Made by a program: the position numbers and the translations under genes. Positions 37,218 through 51,100 of a DNA stretch of 64,000 bases are shown in pieces. The stretch spans positions 5,433,909 through 5,497,908 of the forward strand of contig CM074804.1 in the NCBI GenBank assembly GCA_037447605.1. The letters run 5' to 3'. Under the pieces are notes generated by a model. That model saw only the letters and a program-made list of their open reading frames with translations, had not been told where the DNA came from and did no database searches. The stretch is from Zygnema circumcarinatum SAG 698-1b. Its lineage: Eukaryota > Plantae > Zygnematophyceae. Position 1 is the first letter of the stretch; every line of letters begins with the position of its first letter.

Positions 37218-38931
37218 AGATTCAAATTCCACAACCAGGAGGCTTTGGAAGAGCTGTTAACTAGTGTCCCTTAACCCGGAAATATCTGACTAAGTGTTTA
37301 TAGTAAGGCTTGACAAAGAACATGCATAGAGATTCACTTGTTTTACAAACTTAGGCATGACCTAACATTTTTTTTGTCCTCAAAGCAGTAGCCACGAATT
37401 GTCCTTTTGTTGAAGTGCGTTTTGCTGATTTTACATTCCGAGGAGATTAAAAGTTATGCATACTAGAAGTTATGCACAAGACATCGTTGGTTGACAACTA
37501 GGCAGCAACTTGTAGTAACGATCGTAGCGATCATTACTACAAGTGATGATCGTAACGTTTAATTGTAAATAATCTAAGTGTACTCGTTTAGAGTTTATTA
37601 GGTTACGCACCTACAATCGTTCGTTGTCTAGATGTTCCCCTTATAGATGTGGTGCCTCTTGCTCTGTTAGAGGATGCCTTACCTTAGGCATACCTTTAGC
37701 CTTAGGCTTGGAAACGCTACCTTTGTGGAAGCACAAAATCTTACTCATAAAGCATACAATAGCCCCAAGCCAAAGAATGTAAAACAAGAACAAAGAAAGT
37801 AACAAAGAAGTAAGAGAAAGCACAACGGCTTAAAACTCTTAACTTTTAACTAAAAACCCTAAAAAAAAATTATGGAAAAAAAATGTTATGTAAATTAAAA
37901 TTATCTTCATCAAGTTTTGCGGCTCCTCTATATACGACACTTCAAGTTCTACTTTACATTTGTTGGCACACTCGGCGTAGTTGTTGGCTCAGCTCTTCCA
38001 CTTTGTGACTTGTTGATCTCCTCTAAAACTTGGACGTGCACAACATTATCACCTTCTCTAACAGTCTTTCTATCCTTGCACACAATTCCTAAATCTATCT
38101 TTGAAGAATGAGTGTGCACTTTTGCCCGAGTTCCAGCTCCAACCCTTAGCTCTTGGTGGCCTACTCCTGTATGCCGCACTTTAGGCATTTTAGGCATGGT
38201 AAAAAGACGATATTGGTGAACACATGTCCTTAAAATATGAATTGTTTAAAGGGGCCTTGAAATAGGGCTCGACCAGAATGAAAGGCAAGGCATACTTTTC
38301 ATGCCCAAAGGCAAGCGCTGATTTTGCAATGCTGTGGAACGAAAGCAAGTAGTAATGAACTATGCAGATTAGATTATGGATATGCAAATTAACGATATTG
38401 GTTATTCCTTGTCCTGCTTGAGAAAACTGCTCTTTGTATTGCTTCAATTCGCGCTACACTTCCCACAGAAGAAGTGGTAACTAGCAGCAAAAACTGCCAG
38501 ACCTTTCCCACTTAGAACATTTACTAACCAGGCCACAATGATAGATGAGAAAATTCATTCAACGGTACTCAATTAATATAGTTACACATAGGGATTGGTC
38601 TTCCTCTCTTCCTTTCTGTCCTTCATAATCAATTCCGCATGATGTCTTCTTCATGATGTCCTGATGCATGACATGCTGCGAGCCAGTTTCGGCTTGGAGT
38701 TAGATTGGTGAAGTTGACGCAACAGTGGTCAGAATGCATGCCCCTAAAGTAAAACAAAGCCACATCGTGATATTTACACACGAACCTGTTGAGAACGGCC
38801 TGAAGACTCTTTCTACAAAGACATCGATGAAATTCCAACTCGGGAATGGAAGCTTGACTAGGCTTGACATCATAAGGACCAGCAAGATGCTCTTGCTATG
38901 ACACGGCGACAACAGTAGTTACTGTTGGCCA

Positions 38932-39893
38932 TCACGAAGCTGGTGGCGACAGAATATTACGCCTCTCTTCGGTAGAGGCTGTTATTACAGGCATCCACAA
39001 ACTTGCACTGCCTTGGAGTATTCTTTGCACTTCTGCATTGGAGGAGAATTCGGAGACAGATTCTTCCAGTGAAGCGAGTTTTTTCTCCAAAACCTCTAAC
39101 TCTGAGGCCAATTCCACCTGCTTCTTTGAAACGAAACAACTCGGTGTTATGGGAATCCATCCGTAATCCAGCATGGGATGCTTCGTGAAACAGCAAACTG
39201 CGTCATAACAATAGAAGTGCGACAGAAAGAACGTCTCCTGGCAGGCAAACTGCACCGCCGGCGCTAGATAGATAGGTCTTAACAGGCTGGACAATTGAAG
39301 CAGATAGCAATGACAGACTGCACGACAAACAACACACGATCTGCAGAAAACGAACACTCAGATAGAGAACATGGAAAATTTCAGCAATGGACGAATCACT
39401 CACTACAACTCTGCCGCCTAACATGTCGATTGTCAGGAACGACCTAAAAGGCTACTCACATCGCTCATGGTGCTCGCCGAAGCGGGAGGTAGCCTCTCTG
39501 TTTCAGCCTTAAGGGCATCAATCTTTCCGCGGAGCTCCAAGTCCAGCTCGCCCTCATCTTCCTCCAGCTGCATCCATATTCCCAGACAGTCAAACGAGCT
39601 CTCTCTCTTCCACTTACGGTCTTCTTTCTTCACAACGCCTCGCTTTGAAAGCTGAAGGCCATTTTACTCTTTAAAATGTCCACAACTTCAAAATCAACAC
39701 CTTCCACAATCTGCACTTGCATCTGGAGGCCGTTCCCGCAATGTTCTAGCATCCTGGGCGAAATAAAAGCACCATCCATTCTGCAGGCAGGGCGTGGAGA
39801 AATTGCCTGGTGCAGCATGGAGTTGAGAAACGCAAAAAGCTCCTGCTGAGGAGCTTCTGTGACTTCCTCGACTACCGCGTCTGGCCGCCCCAT
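38932..39893 (-). CDS. Uncharacterised multi-exon coiled-coil protein (exon structure partly uncertain)
   Basis: GCCATGG start at 39893; coding-like segments LEEDEGELDLELRGKIDALKAETERL (followed by GTGAGT donor near 39458) and CAG|VELASELEVLEKKLASLEES...SLWMPVITASTEERRN. Confidence 0.55.
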
Positions 39894-40874
39894 GGCGGAG
39901 CTGCAGTGCAACTACTGACCGCGCTGCACTGCGCCACGGGTGGGAGACGACCGGACTGCCACGCACGGACTGCCACGCAGCTCGCTGGCTGTGGCTCTCG
40001 AGTCACGTAACAAATTACAAATTTGAGCCGATGCCATAACATCTCGTTTTCGCAAAAAATTGCAGTCACAAGGAAACACTCGAGTACTCGCCTTGGCGAG
40101 CCATAAGCTTTCGGCAGAACGACGAATTTGACCAAAGAAACGAAGCACTTACAAACCAAACCTATGAGCAGCGAGACCAAACCAAACTAAACACAACGAA
40201 TCAAAACTACACTAAAACTAAAAACAACCAAACTAAGGGAAACGGGAAACAAGACGAAACCAAACGAACGAGTTACAAGATGTTTGTTTGATGTTGCGAT
40301 GTTTACGTTGGGACAGTCGGATTGCAGAATGCAGTTGAAGTATATCTGAATGTATTAGGACAATCATGAAGGCACTTCAAAATGGAACTTTTGTTAGTCG
40401 CAAACCTCTCCTACAAAAGCCATTGGGGATACTCTGATCGGATTATTGCTAGCATAAACATTTACATCTTGATTGGGGAGCTTCTGTGCACTATTGACAT
40501 AGAATACTTTCATAGTATTCGTCCATTAGAACAATCTATGTACCTATTTACTCTGCAGCATCGGCATGTATGTACAACATTTCACTTGAAACAAATTAAA
40601 ACACCTAACCATTCCCCTCAATCCCTCGTCTTCCACCGGTCGTGGTTATTTGAGTAAAAGAACTCGTCAAAAACTCTGCTTTTGCTCTTCCCTTAAGACG
40701 AAGAATCCCGCTTTCTCTTCACAGCTGAATAATCTCTTCGCCCATTTTCTCATCCCGGACAAGGCTGTCCGTCAGCCAGCACATGTGGAGATGCCCTCCA
40801 AGCCTCTGCATTCACATAAGGCCAAGGACTGCGACTGAATCATGAACTCTGCTGCGATGGAAACGAGCAAAAAT

Positions 40875-43659
40875 TCACATGCGGACTCCAATTACGTCCA
40901 AACTTGACAGTTGCGAATCCTTCCGATGCCCAGGCTGCGTTTCTTCGCATGTGAAACCACGAGCCGTTGTCATGGAAATATAAGCAAATGCCACTAACCT
41001 TGGTCAGATTAAAGTGGAAAATGCCTGATTCTTTCCCACTTCGTACAAGCACGCGTTCGCAATAAGTTGTCTGCAATAAGTCATGAACCACACTCCATTT
41101 TCAGGAAACATAAGGCACCTGCGATAACCTATCCTTATGCTTCCCAAAAAAATCCACCTGATGACTGAATAGCATCAAGCACCCCATATGCGAAAAAAAA
41201 AAAAAAAAAAACAAAGCAGAGCACACGTAGCCTAAAGACGCATTTTGACCGAAAAAATATCATGCAGCCTCACAACAGAGTAAACAGCCAATGCCACAAC
41301 GGCACTTCTAACGTCCCTGCCCTAGTCAGCCTGCTACCATCTCCTCGGGGTGATGGCATCAGATGTGCACCTCAGAGAGATGAAGGCAGCTCAGTACATC
41401 ATAGCTGTCAAGCCCAAGGAGTAGCCGGTATCTGCGATTGCAGTATAAGCAACACATGGCGTCGCCCCGAAAGTGTAAGTTCAATCTGCTTTAATTGAAG
41501 TTCTGATGGGTAGACTTGGCAGTCCCTCAGTGCTCTTAACAAAGTAACTCTTGACTTCAATGATTACTAGGCTAAGAATGAATTTAATTGAGCGAAGACA
41601 AAAAACAATCGCAGATTACAAAAGACTTCTCAAACAAAAAGCAAACATTTTTGTATCCGTACACGGCTTTATTGTACATGGCCTTTAGCCCTAGCGCCAT
41701 CTAGCAGCACAAATTTGCGGGGATCAACTCAATGCTTCAGGGGCTCTCTTAGCGAAACAAACTTCTCCGCTCATGCTACTAATATGGAGAGGAAAACCTA
41801 GTTGTGCAGAACCACTTCCTGGCCAATAAGTTAAGAACGTTTTTTCCCTCTTCAAAAAACGCAAAAGGGTTGTTCTCTCACCTACGCATGCTGAATTTGG
41901 CACTGAACTGGCTAAAGTAAGCCACATTCAAGGTACAACCAAAATAAGAAGATCCTTTGTTGAATGGGTCAATTGCTGCAAAATTATACAGTACCTGCAC
42001 ATGTGACAAGAAGGGTTGCTCAGCCAAAAACACAACACACAGCAACTTCTGCCTAAAAACCTTGATTTAATAAAGAGTAACACCGAAACTTTGCAATTGA
42101 CTCAATGTCAAGATTAGCACACGAGCTAAAATCAATAGCTGGCTATCAAAGCAAGACAAAAAACTATGTGCTATTCCAATAAAAGGCCTGTTTCTGAGGA
42201 GTCGTGCCTGATGGTCTCGGTCTTGCTACTTCTTCATGCAATACTTTGCGTGAAGGTACATTAGACGTTTGTCCTCCATAAAGTTCTTGGAGCTTCAGAC
42301 ACGCCATCCACGGACAATACAGAGAACTCTTAAACTCTTTCCTACTTGCAAATGAGAAGAGCAACCGTCAGTGTGACAGATTTTCGATAAGCAACTGCTC
42401 GCTTGCATGCTGGACAGAAATAGTAACTCTATGCAAATCATAGAGATTTTCTACGATGCTGGCCCAGCATTGGGTGCATTAGTCAGCATTACCTCCAAGC
42501 CTCGCTGCAAATTCAAATCTCCATCGGGATGGTCCACTTTGCGCAGGGCTTCCAGCTGAATCTCCACTGCCTCGCGAGCAGTAAGCTGCCGTCCACGTTC
42601 CCCAAGCGAGACAGGCATAGTCCTCGCCTTAGTTCAGCCTACACTCTCATCAATAATCTCCTTCTCTTTTCCCTCCACTCTTTATCCTCCCTCTTCTCTC
42701 CTCTTCTCTACACCTCCATCTTTTTCCTCTCCTTTCCCCCCTACCCTTACTCTTCACTTCACCATCCTCTCCCATCTCTTTTCCTTTACAGTATCCGCTC
42801 ATCTCTCCTCTATACTGTCCTCTTATGTCTTCGTTCGTCACTTCTCTGCCCTCCTCCTTCACTCCACTCTAACTCTGCTCGTTTTTCGCCACTATCATCG
42901 TCTACCTGGTAGTGTAGCGAGTGGTTTCAGAAGCTTAGGTGACAAGTGATCTCAAACAAAAGCACTTTTCGCTAGATTGTATTCACTGAAGTTGCAGTTA
43001 AGGGCAACATGATAGGTGGAGAGCTTGATTAACGAAAAAATGCGGACTACGGTCACTGCTCAGCAGCGAACTGATGGGCTCTACGTGAACTTATTCTCGT
43101 GCAGCAGTTAACCACAGTCTAGGACACAAATGAATATAAGTTCTCTCAAATGAAGCAAGGAAAAGACCTCAGCTACCCACCAGGGGGCTTGGTACAGCCG
43201 GCGTACCAGAAGATAAACCCCTGCCACAGGACATGGTAGTAAGGGCACAAACGTCTACCCCTGTTAGGATGCAGATCGTACAAGCTGCTGAAAAAGAAAT
43301 TGAAGAATGTCCGAATAGCATGCTCTGCTCAGCTTATCACAAATTTCAAAATATAATTGCTACCCATACCAGCAAACATACCATCCCTCGTGTTGATTGG
43401 CGAGTGCTACCACTCGGCATGGACGCCAAACTGCAAGCTCTTGCAACCAAAACTCTCTCCCGTAATGAATTCCACTGACTAAAGTTCCTCTGGCTCTTCC
43501 AAACGCTGGAAACTCCCTCCTGCTCGCTTGCAAATACCCCAGCTGACTGCAGCCCAACGTCTGCTTTGGACCACAGCACCTGCGCTCGGCGCAATCCGGC
43601 GAGCCATTCAACCGTGAGCCATGTGCCCCCCTCTGTGCAGGTAGCGGGGCCGAGGCCAT
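40875..43659 (-). CDS. Uncharacterised multi-exon protein, probable plastid transit peptide, resembling DUF4864-type/NTF2-like plant proteins; model incomplete
   Basis: GCCATGG start at 43659 (MASAPLPAQR...); exon ~42620-42490 LTAREAVEIQLEALRKVDHPDGD...GLE|GTAATG; exon ~41065-40998 CAG|TTYCERVLVRSGKESGIFHFNLTK|GTTAGT. Family resemblance is from memory only. Confidence 0.45.
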
Positions 43660-44672
43660 GGCCGCTACAGTGCGAGAGCGTCGTCCCACGTCTCGAGGAA
43701 TTCGCTGTGCGTCGGCCCCTTCCCAAAGCGCCCTCGTGCAGGCGCTGCTTGAAAGAGGCGCCGCGCGGGGGCTGCTCGGACCGCACTAGGAGAAGAGGGC
43801 GCCCTTTGTCGCGAGTGCAGGAGAGGAGCCGATTATTTCTCTCTCGTGCAGCAATGCCACTTCTAGTTCATGCCACCAGTAAAGCCAATTTGTTTAAATT
43901 TTGAATCTCAGGAATGTTCCACCTCTTTTTGCCATGGGGACACCTCACAGCACCTACGAAGCTACATAGCACAACCCATACCAGTTATTATCACTTGCAT
44001 GATTCTAAAACATTGTAAATCATGATTCGCTGCTGTCAAGGGACTTTCCACGAGTTTTCTCGTTTGTTTCAAGATACACAACAGCATGGCGAAACATAAG
44101 AGTCCATAGAGCTAATCCATACGGGAGTCTCTCACATTGAAAGCCAAATAACTTCACAACTCAGGGTCTCCATGCGTAATACAATGCACTTATTGTGGCC
44201 TTGGATGTCTATCCGCCATGGAACATTGACCTGAAAACTACCTGGCCAAAATCTGCTGCCAACTTCCCGGAACCTGACTCAAGAATGTGAGTCAGATTGT
44301 TGAAGTTACTATCCAGCTTGAGCCCTTCAAGGCATAAGAAACGCATCCAAAACAGCGTGATCCTAGTAGTTGGTGGTACATCTGTTAACCAGCAGACCTT
44401 CTGGACGTAGAACTATCGTCTTCGGTTAACCATCCACGACCAAGTGGAAACTGCTTGCCCAAAAGACTCTGATGTGCTTTAGAGGCAGTTCCGGAGTCAT
44501 TCCAATTAGGGGAAGGCTCAAGACCATCAAGTGAACAGCCCAACATAGTCCACTATGTTATTTTTCAGATTTCTTACATCCATGCGAGAAGACCTCATAA
44601 TATGTACGTGCTGAAAGGCCCTTGCTTGAGCAAAGATCGGCGCGCGGGTTGCTGAATCTGTATAATGGCGAT

Positions 44673-47236
44673 CTAACCAAGTTTGTCGATCACGGCATCT
44701 ACCATATCTTGTGTAGTGGCAGTGCCTCCCAGGTCAAACGTGCGAACCAAGCCCTCACCAACTACGGAAATGACAGCCTGCTCCAAACGATCAGCAAAGG
44801 AAGGAAACTGCAAGTGGCGCAGTAGCATGGCTGCTGAGAAGAACAGCGCTGTTGGATTAGCACTTTGGCCTGTCACGAGCTTCTCATTCCCGACATTTCC
44901 AGCTGAAGCTCCCTGCTCAAAGATAGAATACTCTGATCCTACGTTACCTGTTTCAGTGCAACAAAACAAAACTCAGTTTGCGCCTTCAAATGCAAACTAT
45001 CTATGATGTTTACTCTGCACTTGCTGGAAGCTTGCCAAAATGACTCTCACATCCGTTCTTCACTTAAGTGAACATCCACGGCTAAATTTGTAGCTCACAA
45101 TACATTTCCAAGCACCCACATACAGTACCATGTTTCGCAACTGAATCAGAATAGCTTAGTCTGATACTCTTTGTTCCTCTCCATCGATCATGGTTAAATG
45201 GGAAAAGACGAATAGCACTCACCACCAGGCATGACACCGGTTCCACCAGCAATACCAGCTGCAGTGTTCGCGACGAGAGTTCCATAAAGATTTGGTGTAA
45301 CCTGCCACAACACAACAGAAAAGCCTCATGTAACATATGAAAAGTGAACTTGACCCTTAAAGCTTCGAGGGGAATTACTCAAACAACTAAGGCCCAAGCA
45401 TATGGTGAAAAAATATCTGTGTTAGACAGCCAAGATTGTGAACAGCTAGTTCGATAGACTTCAGGGAACACTTGGACATATTATCGAAAAAAGACTGAGA
45501 CAACACAAAAGACCGTCATGTTGCATAGTAGGCAAAACAAAAAAATATAAAAGATATAAACCTTCTGCGAGAACTGCAACAATCACATAGTGTCGTTACA
45601 ACTAAACATCATCATCATGTTCATGCAATTGTAAACCTTTTGCAAAAATTCTCATAACAAAAGTGGGAAATTGAGAAAATGGACAACACGCATGCTGGCC
45701 ATACTGCAGCAAGCCGCCTGTGATCATTAATGCATCTGTTGAATAACGCTGTGACATCGACCTATGATCTGAGCTTCAAGGAAGAGTGATGTCCTAAAAC
45801 CCAATGGCTCATTAGGTCAGAAGCGTGACTCATAAAAAAAAACAACTTTTCCTGTACCTCATAGATTAACCTTAAGACTGTTCCAAATATCAATAATACA
45901 CTGTAAGTGCAAGCTTAGAAAAAAGAATGACGACAAGCCTGATTGACTCACCATGACGTCAAATTGTTGGGGTTTCGAGACGAGCTGCATACAGCAGTTG
46001 TCTACAATAACTTCGTTGTACTTTATAGTTGGGTACAACTTTGCGACTTCTCGGCATGACTCGAGGAAAAGGCCATCGGCGAGCTTCATAATGTTCGCTT
46101 TATGAACAGCAGTGACAGTCTTCCGGTGATTCAAATAGGCATATTCAAAAGCATACTTTGCAATTCGCTCAGAGCAGAACTTTGTGATCACCTAGCCAAA
46201 CCCCACCACACAGACAGATCATCACACAGGTTAACGGCCAAGAAACAGGCTTGATCTTCTCATGTAAGCCCTTAGCCTCGGCACTCAAAATAACATGCGT
46301 TCAAGGGAATTGAAAAGCACACACTCCATAAACCAAACAACAATACATGCAGTTGCCTGTGCCCTTCTTGACCTAACTTTCCCCGCTCTGAAAGAATTTT
46401 CACAGCTGCATTGATCCCTCATCAAAAGAAAAGAAGGAAGAATAGCCCAGCTACCCAAAGATGCAAGTCTGGATTCCCTAAGCAACATCCTGAGCCGAGG
46501 TACGAAACATATTTCAGCTCAGGTCGAGATGAGCAAAATCTGGGATTTTGACGATCTACGTTGGTTCAATTATAAGTGAGCATCCGTTCAACATCTTGAA
46601 ATAATGAGGAACAAAAATTAGACAATCACTCTACTCACCACTGATTAAGAACAATGGGCTAAAGCCAAACAATCCTGCGAACAAACTTGAGTATTTTCAG
46701 GGGAATCTCAGTAGAAATACCTTGAGACTTTCTACTACTCCAGGAACGACCTCGTGCTCAAGCCCCGAGTACTCCCCTTCAGTATTTTCCCTGATCACGA
46801 CAATGTTGACGTTCTCATGACGTGTCTTAAGCCCCGGGATGTTCATACAGTGCACCAAGTGCACGTACAAATCGAGCTCCTTCCGCAGTTGTACGTTGAG
46901 CGAGCTCACTCCTCCTCCGACAGGCGTTGCCAAGCCCCCCTTGATACAGACTTTGTTCTTCCTGATGGAATCCAGAACCGCTTGCGGTACCTTGTCCATC
47001 TTCCCGCTAATTTCCATTGTTTCGAAGTAAACGGGCGCATGCATAGCCTTCATGACTTGGACGACGGCGTCGGTGACCAGTGGCCCAATGCCATCTCCCG
47101 GAAGCAGTGTGACAGCGCGAGGCGCGCCGTCCCCAGGACGCGGCATGTACGTCACGCTCCTCTTTGCAGCAGCATTGCACAGCACGCTGGACTTGGACCT
47201 GAGCTTCGCGGACAGCCGGCACAGGGAGGAAGCCAT
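44673..47236 (-). CDS. IDH1: NAD-dependent isocitrate dehydrogenase regulatory subunit (mitochondrial), 4 exons, 369 aa
   Basis: Exons 47236-46721, 46191-45952, 45301-45223, 44947-44673 (1110 nt); [64 protein letters not shown] match plant IDH1/IDH2. Confidence 0.96.
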
Positions 47237-48178
47237 GGCGCCGAGCGGACGACTGCCGAGCCTCGCAGACGGGCCGCACTCGCCTTCTCCAAGACCTAGG
47301 CCCTAGGGCCTACGGCCTACGACCTACGGCGTAGGACCTGTGCGGCTTTGCCTCCCTCACCGGAAATGATTTCTCCATCCGTACGGTACTGCGCGAACCA
47401 TGCAAGGGCAGGCTCAGCCCACTGCGCCATGTACGCTGCACCACAAGTTGCAAGCTAGCGCCCAGAGGTAAGGAAATTTGGGGATGGGATGGCAAGTCTG
47501 GACATGCTGGCAACCCACAACTCGATGCTTCCAGAGTCAATTTACACACGTTATGGCACCACCATTTCGGTACGGCCACAGAAGAACCACCGCCACCGCC
47601 ACCGCCACCGCCAAGAAATGCGCGCTCCCGTTTCCACTCGCGGGAGCAGCCGCGAGCCGCAGCAGCGCTGCAGGCAAGCACATATATACATACTCCTCGC
47701 TTTTTGTCTTTTTGGTCTTTTGCGACCAGTTTCTCGTGGTTTCCCATGATGATTTTGTCCATGCACATTTGATGGCATCGCCATCGTGAGATCAATGTCA
47801 CATCTCCCACATACATACATACATAGATACATACATACGTCCTCCTTCGTATGCCACCCACCATCTCCCCTGCCCTCCAATCAAGCGCAAATTTTTGACA
47901 TTTCCAACGACACAGAACTACAGTAGGACCCCGTCATATTTTCGCCATAGATTTGGCAAATATCGGGCGAAAATATGGCCTTATATTTGGCAAATATAAG
48001 GTCCGTGTTACCAAGAGGCGAGCGGAATTACTTTATGTTAGAGTTCATGTATGTCCGTACGTGCCGTTTGCTGTCATATCGCACCGCATCGTACCGTATC
48101 GTACCGTGGCAAACCGCATACAGTACATGAAGCACGCCTTAGCGTTTACTGAGGCAGCAAACCAAAAAGCTTCGAGCC

Positions 48179-51100
48179 TGTAGCGTAACGGAGCTGCGTT
48201 CGACGGATCCGCGTCCGTTCAATTGTACTTGACATATGCCTCTTCCGTGTCACGGATCAACGAATCCAGGAGTTGCCAACGGAGATTGAGAGAAGGCGGC
48301 GCCATGCGTTGGCGACCCACGGAACAGCACACCATCCAGCAAGGCGCACTCGGGAACACCGCCAGAGGCCGCCGATTATCATTCGTTGACCTATCCGAAG
48401 GCTCCACGTAGTCAGTCAGGCATCTCAGTGGGCAGTGNNNNNNNNNNTTCAGACAACGTTGGATTTCAGATCCGATCACGGTGCTAGACCGACTTCGCTA
48501 CATAGAATGCAATAGTGATGAGCGGCTGTTTGAATTCACTGAGCGCTTTGTGCGCATGGCAAATACGATCGAGAACTTGCTTGACTTTTCCGAAGTGCTC
48601 CAGTGGTTCCGCAAGGCCATCAGCGAGAAGGATCTCCACCTGGATCGTGAGCTGCGCGACAACCCACCAGCAGATGCCCAGGCCTTGTTAGAAAGGGCAG
48701 AGCGAATTCAGAAGGATCAAGAGAGAGGCAATCGACATGTACGACCACATTACATGAACGCTACCGATCCAAGACAAGATCGACTCTTGGCCAAAGAGTT
48801 CCTCCTCAAGACAATGTAATCAACAGTTGTTCGATCCTCACGCTTACATCTACTGAACAAGCCTTCTTCTCCTCGCCATCAAGCCAGACATCCGCGCAGC
48901 CTCTATGGTGTGCAAAACCGCTATACCTTAACACAAACAAGCCTCCTTCCCCTTTCCCCATACTCCTCATGATCCGGGCGATCCCATTGAGCCGGGTAAA
49001 GTGAATCCTCACATACCAGATGTTCAAGGCCTGTGATATATATCGGGCTCTCTTATTCGGACATCGCGACGCCGGGAAGAGAGAAGCCGCCAGGCCGGAC
49101 CGCGCCGGGTGGATGACGCCGTGAGGCAGGGGTTCCGGAGGGCGTATGTCTTGCCTGCGGCCTGAATCATAATCCGCGGCTGCGTTGCGGACCGTGGACC
49201 TGCACCTTCTGCCAGATCACGGGACATGATGCCCGGGTGTGCATGCGGAGACTCTCAAGTGAGAAGGCCCAAAGGGCAGGCAGCCAAGTGTGGAAACTCA
49301 CCCGGGCCGAGATCACTTTCATGGATAGGCGTTCCCGCCGCCCCACACCATCAAGAATACCGCTCCCTCGCTCTCACGCCACCTTCCTTCAATTCGCTAC
49401 ACCATCCCCGCAATCTACTCACCTATCCATCTCGCACTCCCATGGACTCTTCCTCGCCAAATGTATTGGGTGCCGCGCCTGATCCCGCCGCCCGACACGC
49501 ACGCTTCAGTTGCCGCTGCATTTCAAATCATGGCCGTAATCCCCATCACTTCCCCGGCCGGTGGCTCAAGCCCGATCGCCGGTGATCAGAATCGCCTCTT
49601 CCTTCAAGCAGCGCTCCTCACAACCGAGGCGTATCCTCATTCTCATCCTCTCGCCATTCCTCCTCGCCAATGTCGTCACCGCGCGCCTTCGGCACAGCCC
49701 ATCGGCCGCCACCCCCGCCCGCTAGAATCTCAGCCATTCTCCCTCTAATGGGTCCTCCTTGGGGATCCTCGCCCGAGGAGGACATTAACATCTCACCAAG
49801 AGAAACCACAAATGCGAACTAGAATTTATTTCAACGCTGATCAAGAAGGCGTGAATGGCCAACCTCCCACCGCCTCGGCACTCAGCTTTTGCCCCTGGCG
49901 CACGCCTGCTCACCGCATAGACGCCTCATCCCCCTGGCTTGAACGATGGTTCATCAACTCATGGGTGACAAGGCTAAGATCGGCATTACCTTGTCACAGT
50001 TGATGCAGCTCGTACCAGGTGCTGCCGCCGTAGTTCGAAAGCTGGCCGACAGTGCAGAGGCCACCCTGCGGCCGCCCACAGCTCCTATGACATCTCCTCC
50101 GGACGTCCCCTCGCCGGCCGATATCCACCACATGGCTACGGCGCCTCCGCCGGACCCAGTCCGCTCCCCTCGCCATCCCCCTCGCCAGATTCAGATCCTC
50201 CCTCTCATCCCAACGCCCAACGTGCGGATCATTGTCAATGTATGGCTCAACGGTCATCCCAGCAAAGCCATGATCGACACGGGGGCTATGCGCACAGTTC
50301 TGTCCAAGCCTGTGATGAAGGCGGCAGGGGTCAAGTTGGACAAGACGCTTGAGCCCATCCCCCGATATGTGGGAGTTGAAGGGAGCTTACATGAAGGATT
50401 GGGAAGCGCCCAAGTGGTCATCAGTCTTGGCGAGATGGGAGCCACAGTGAATGCAGTCATCACAGCCGCTGAACACTATTCTATTCTGCTGGGCTCAGAT
50501 TGGCTCATCGCGATGGGAGCACAAATCGATTTTGCTACATGTCAACTGCACTTATCTGCTGGCGGGACCGACTGCTCCTTCCCCATCATCCTCGAGTCCC
50601 TTACCACCTCCGCATTCCCCAAGCGCCACGCCACTGCGCAGGTCTCCTACCCGGAGATCACCATGTACCATGCGGTCGGCAGCCCCCATCCTTCTTATGG
50701 ATCGGCCAATTCTGATACCGATTACGAGACTCCCCCTCCTGCTCCTCCGATTCCAGCTCTCGGGACGCCGACGGAAGAACTGTTGCCGCCAGCGCTGCCT
50801 GCACCCAGCTTTCCACCCCATGAGATCATCAGTGATGAGGAGTGGCTGGAAATAGAGGGCGTATGCCATTAGGCCCCGCAGTCCCGCCAACCCCGCATCA
50901 AGCATTTCAACTACGCTGCGCTGCCGAATCACCTAGTTTCGCACGCATTCACTCGACATCGCAAGCATTCTCACCGATTGAGCACCACATTGATACGGGA
51001 TGCGCCCCGTGATGACCCCGACTTCTACCGCTTCCGCCGCTGGGCAAAGCAGTCGACGCCGAATCCACAGATCGATGAGAGAACGGGCTGCCGGATTGAT

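Noticed and set aside
42650-42900. CT-rich tract giving Leu/Ser-rich and Glu/Arg-rich ORFs
   Set aside because: Low-complexity intronic sequence.
18330-47236. Triterpene biosynthetic gene cluster around the OSC
   Set aside because: No P450, acyl- or glycosyltransferase neighbours; the OSC has primary-metabolism CAS residues.
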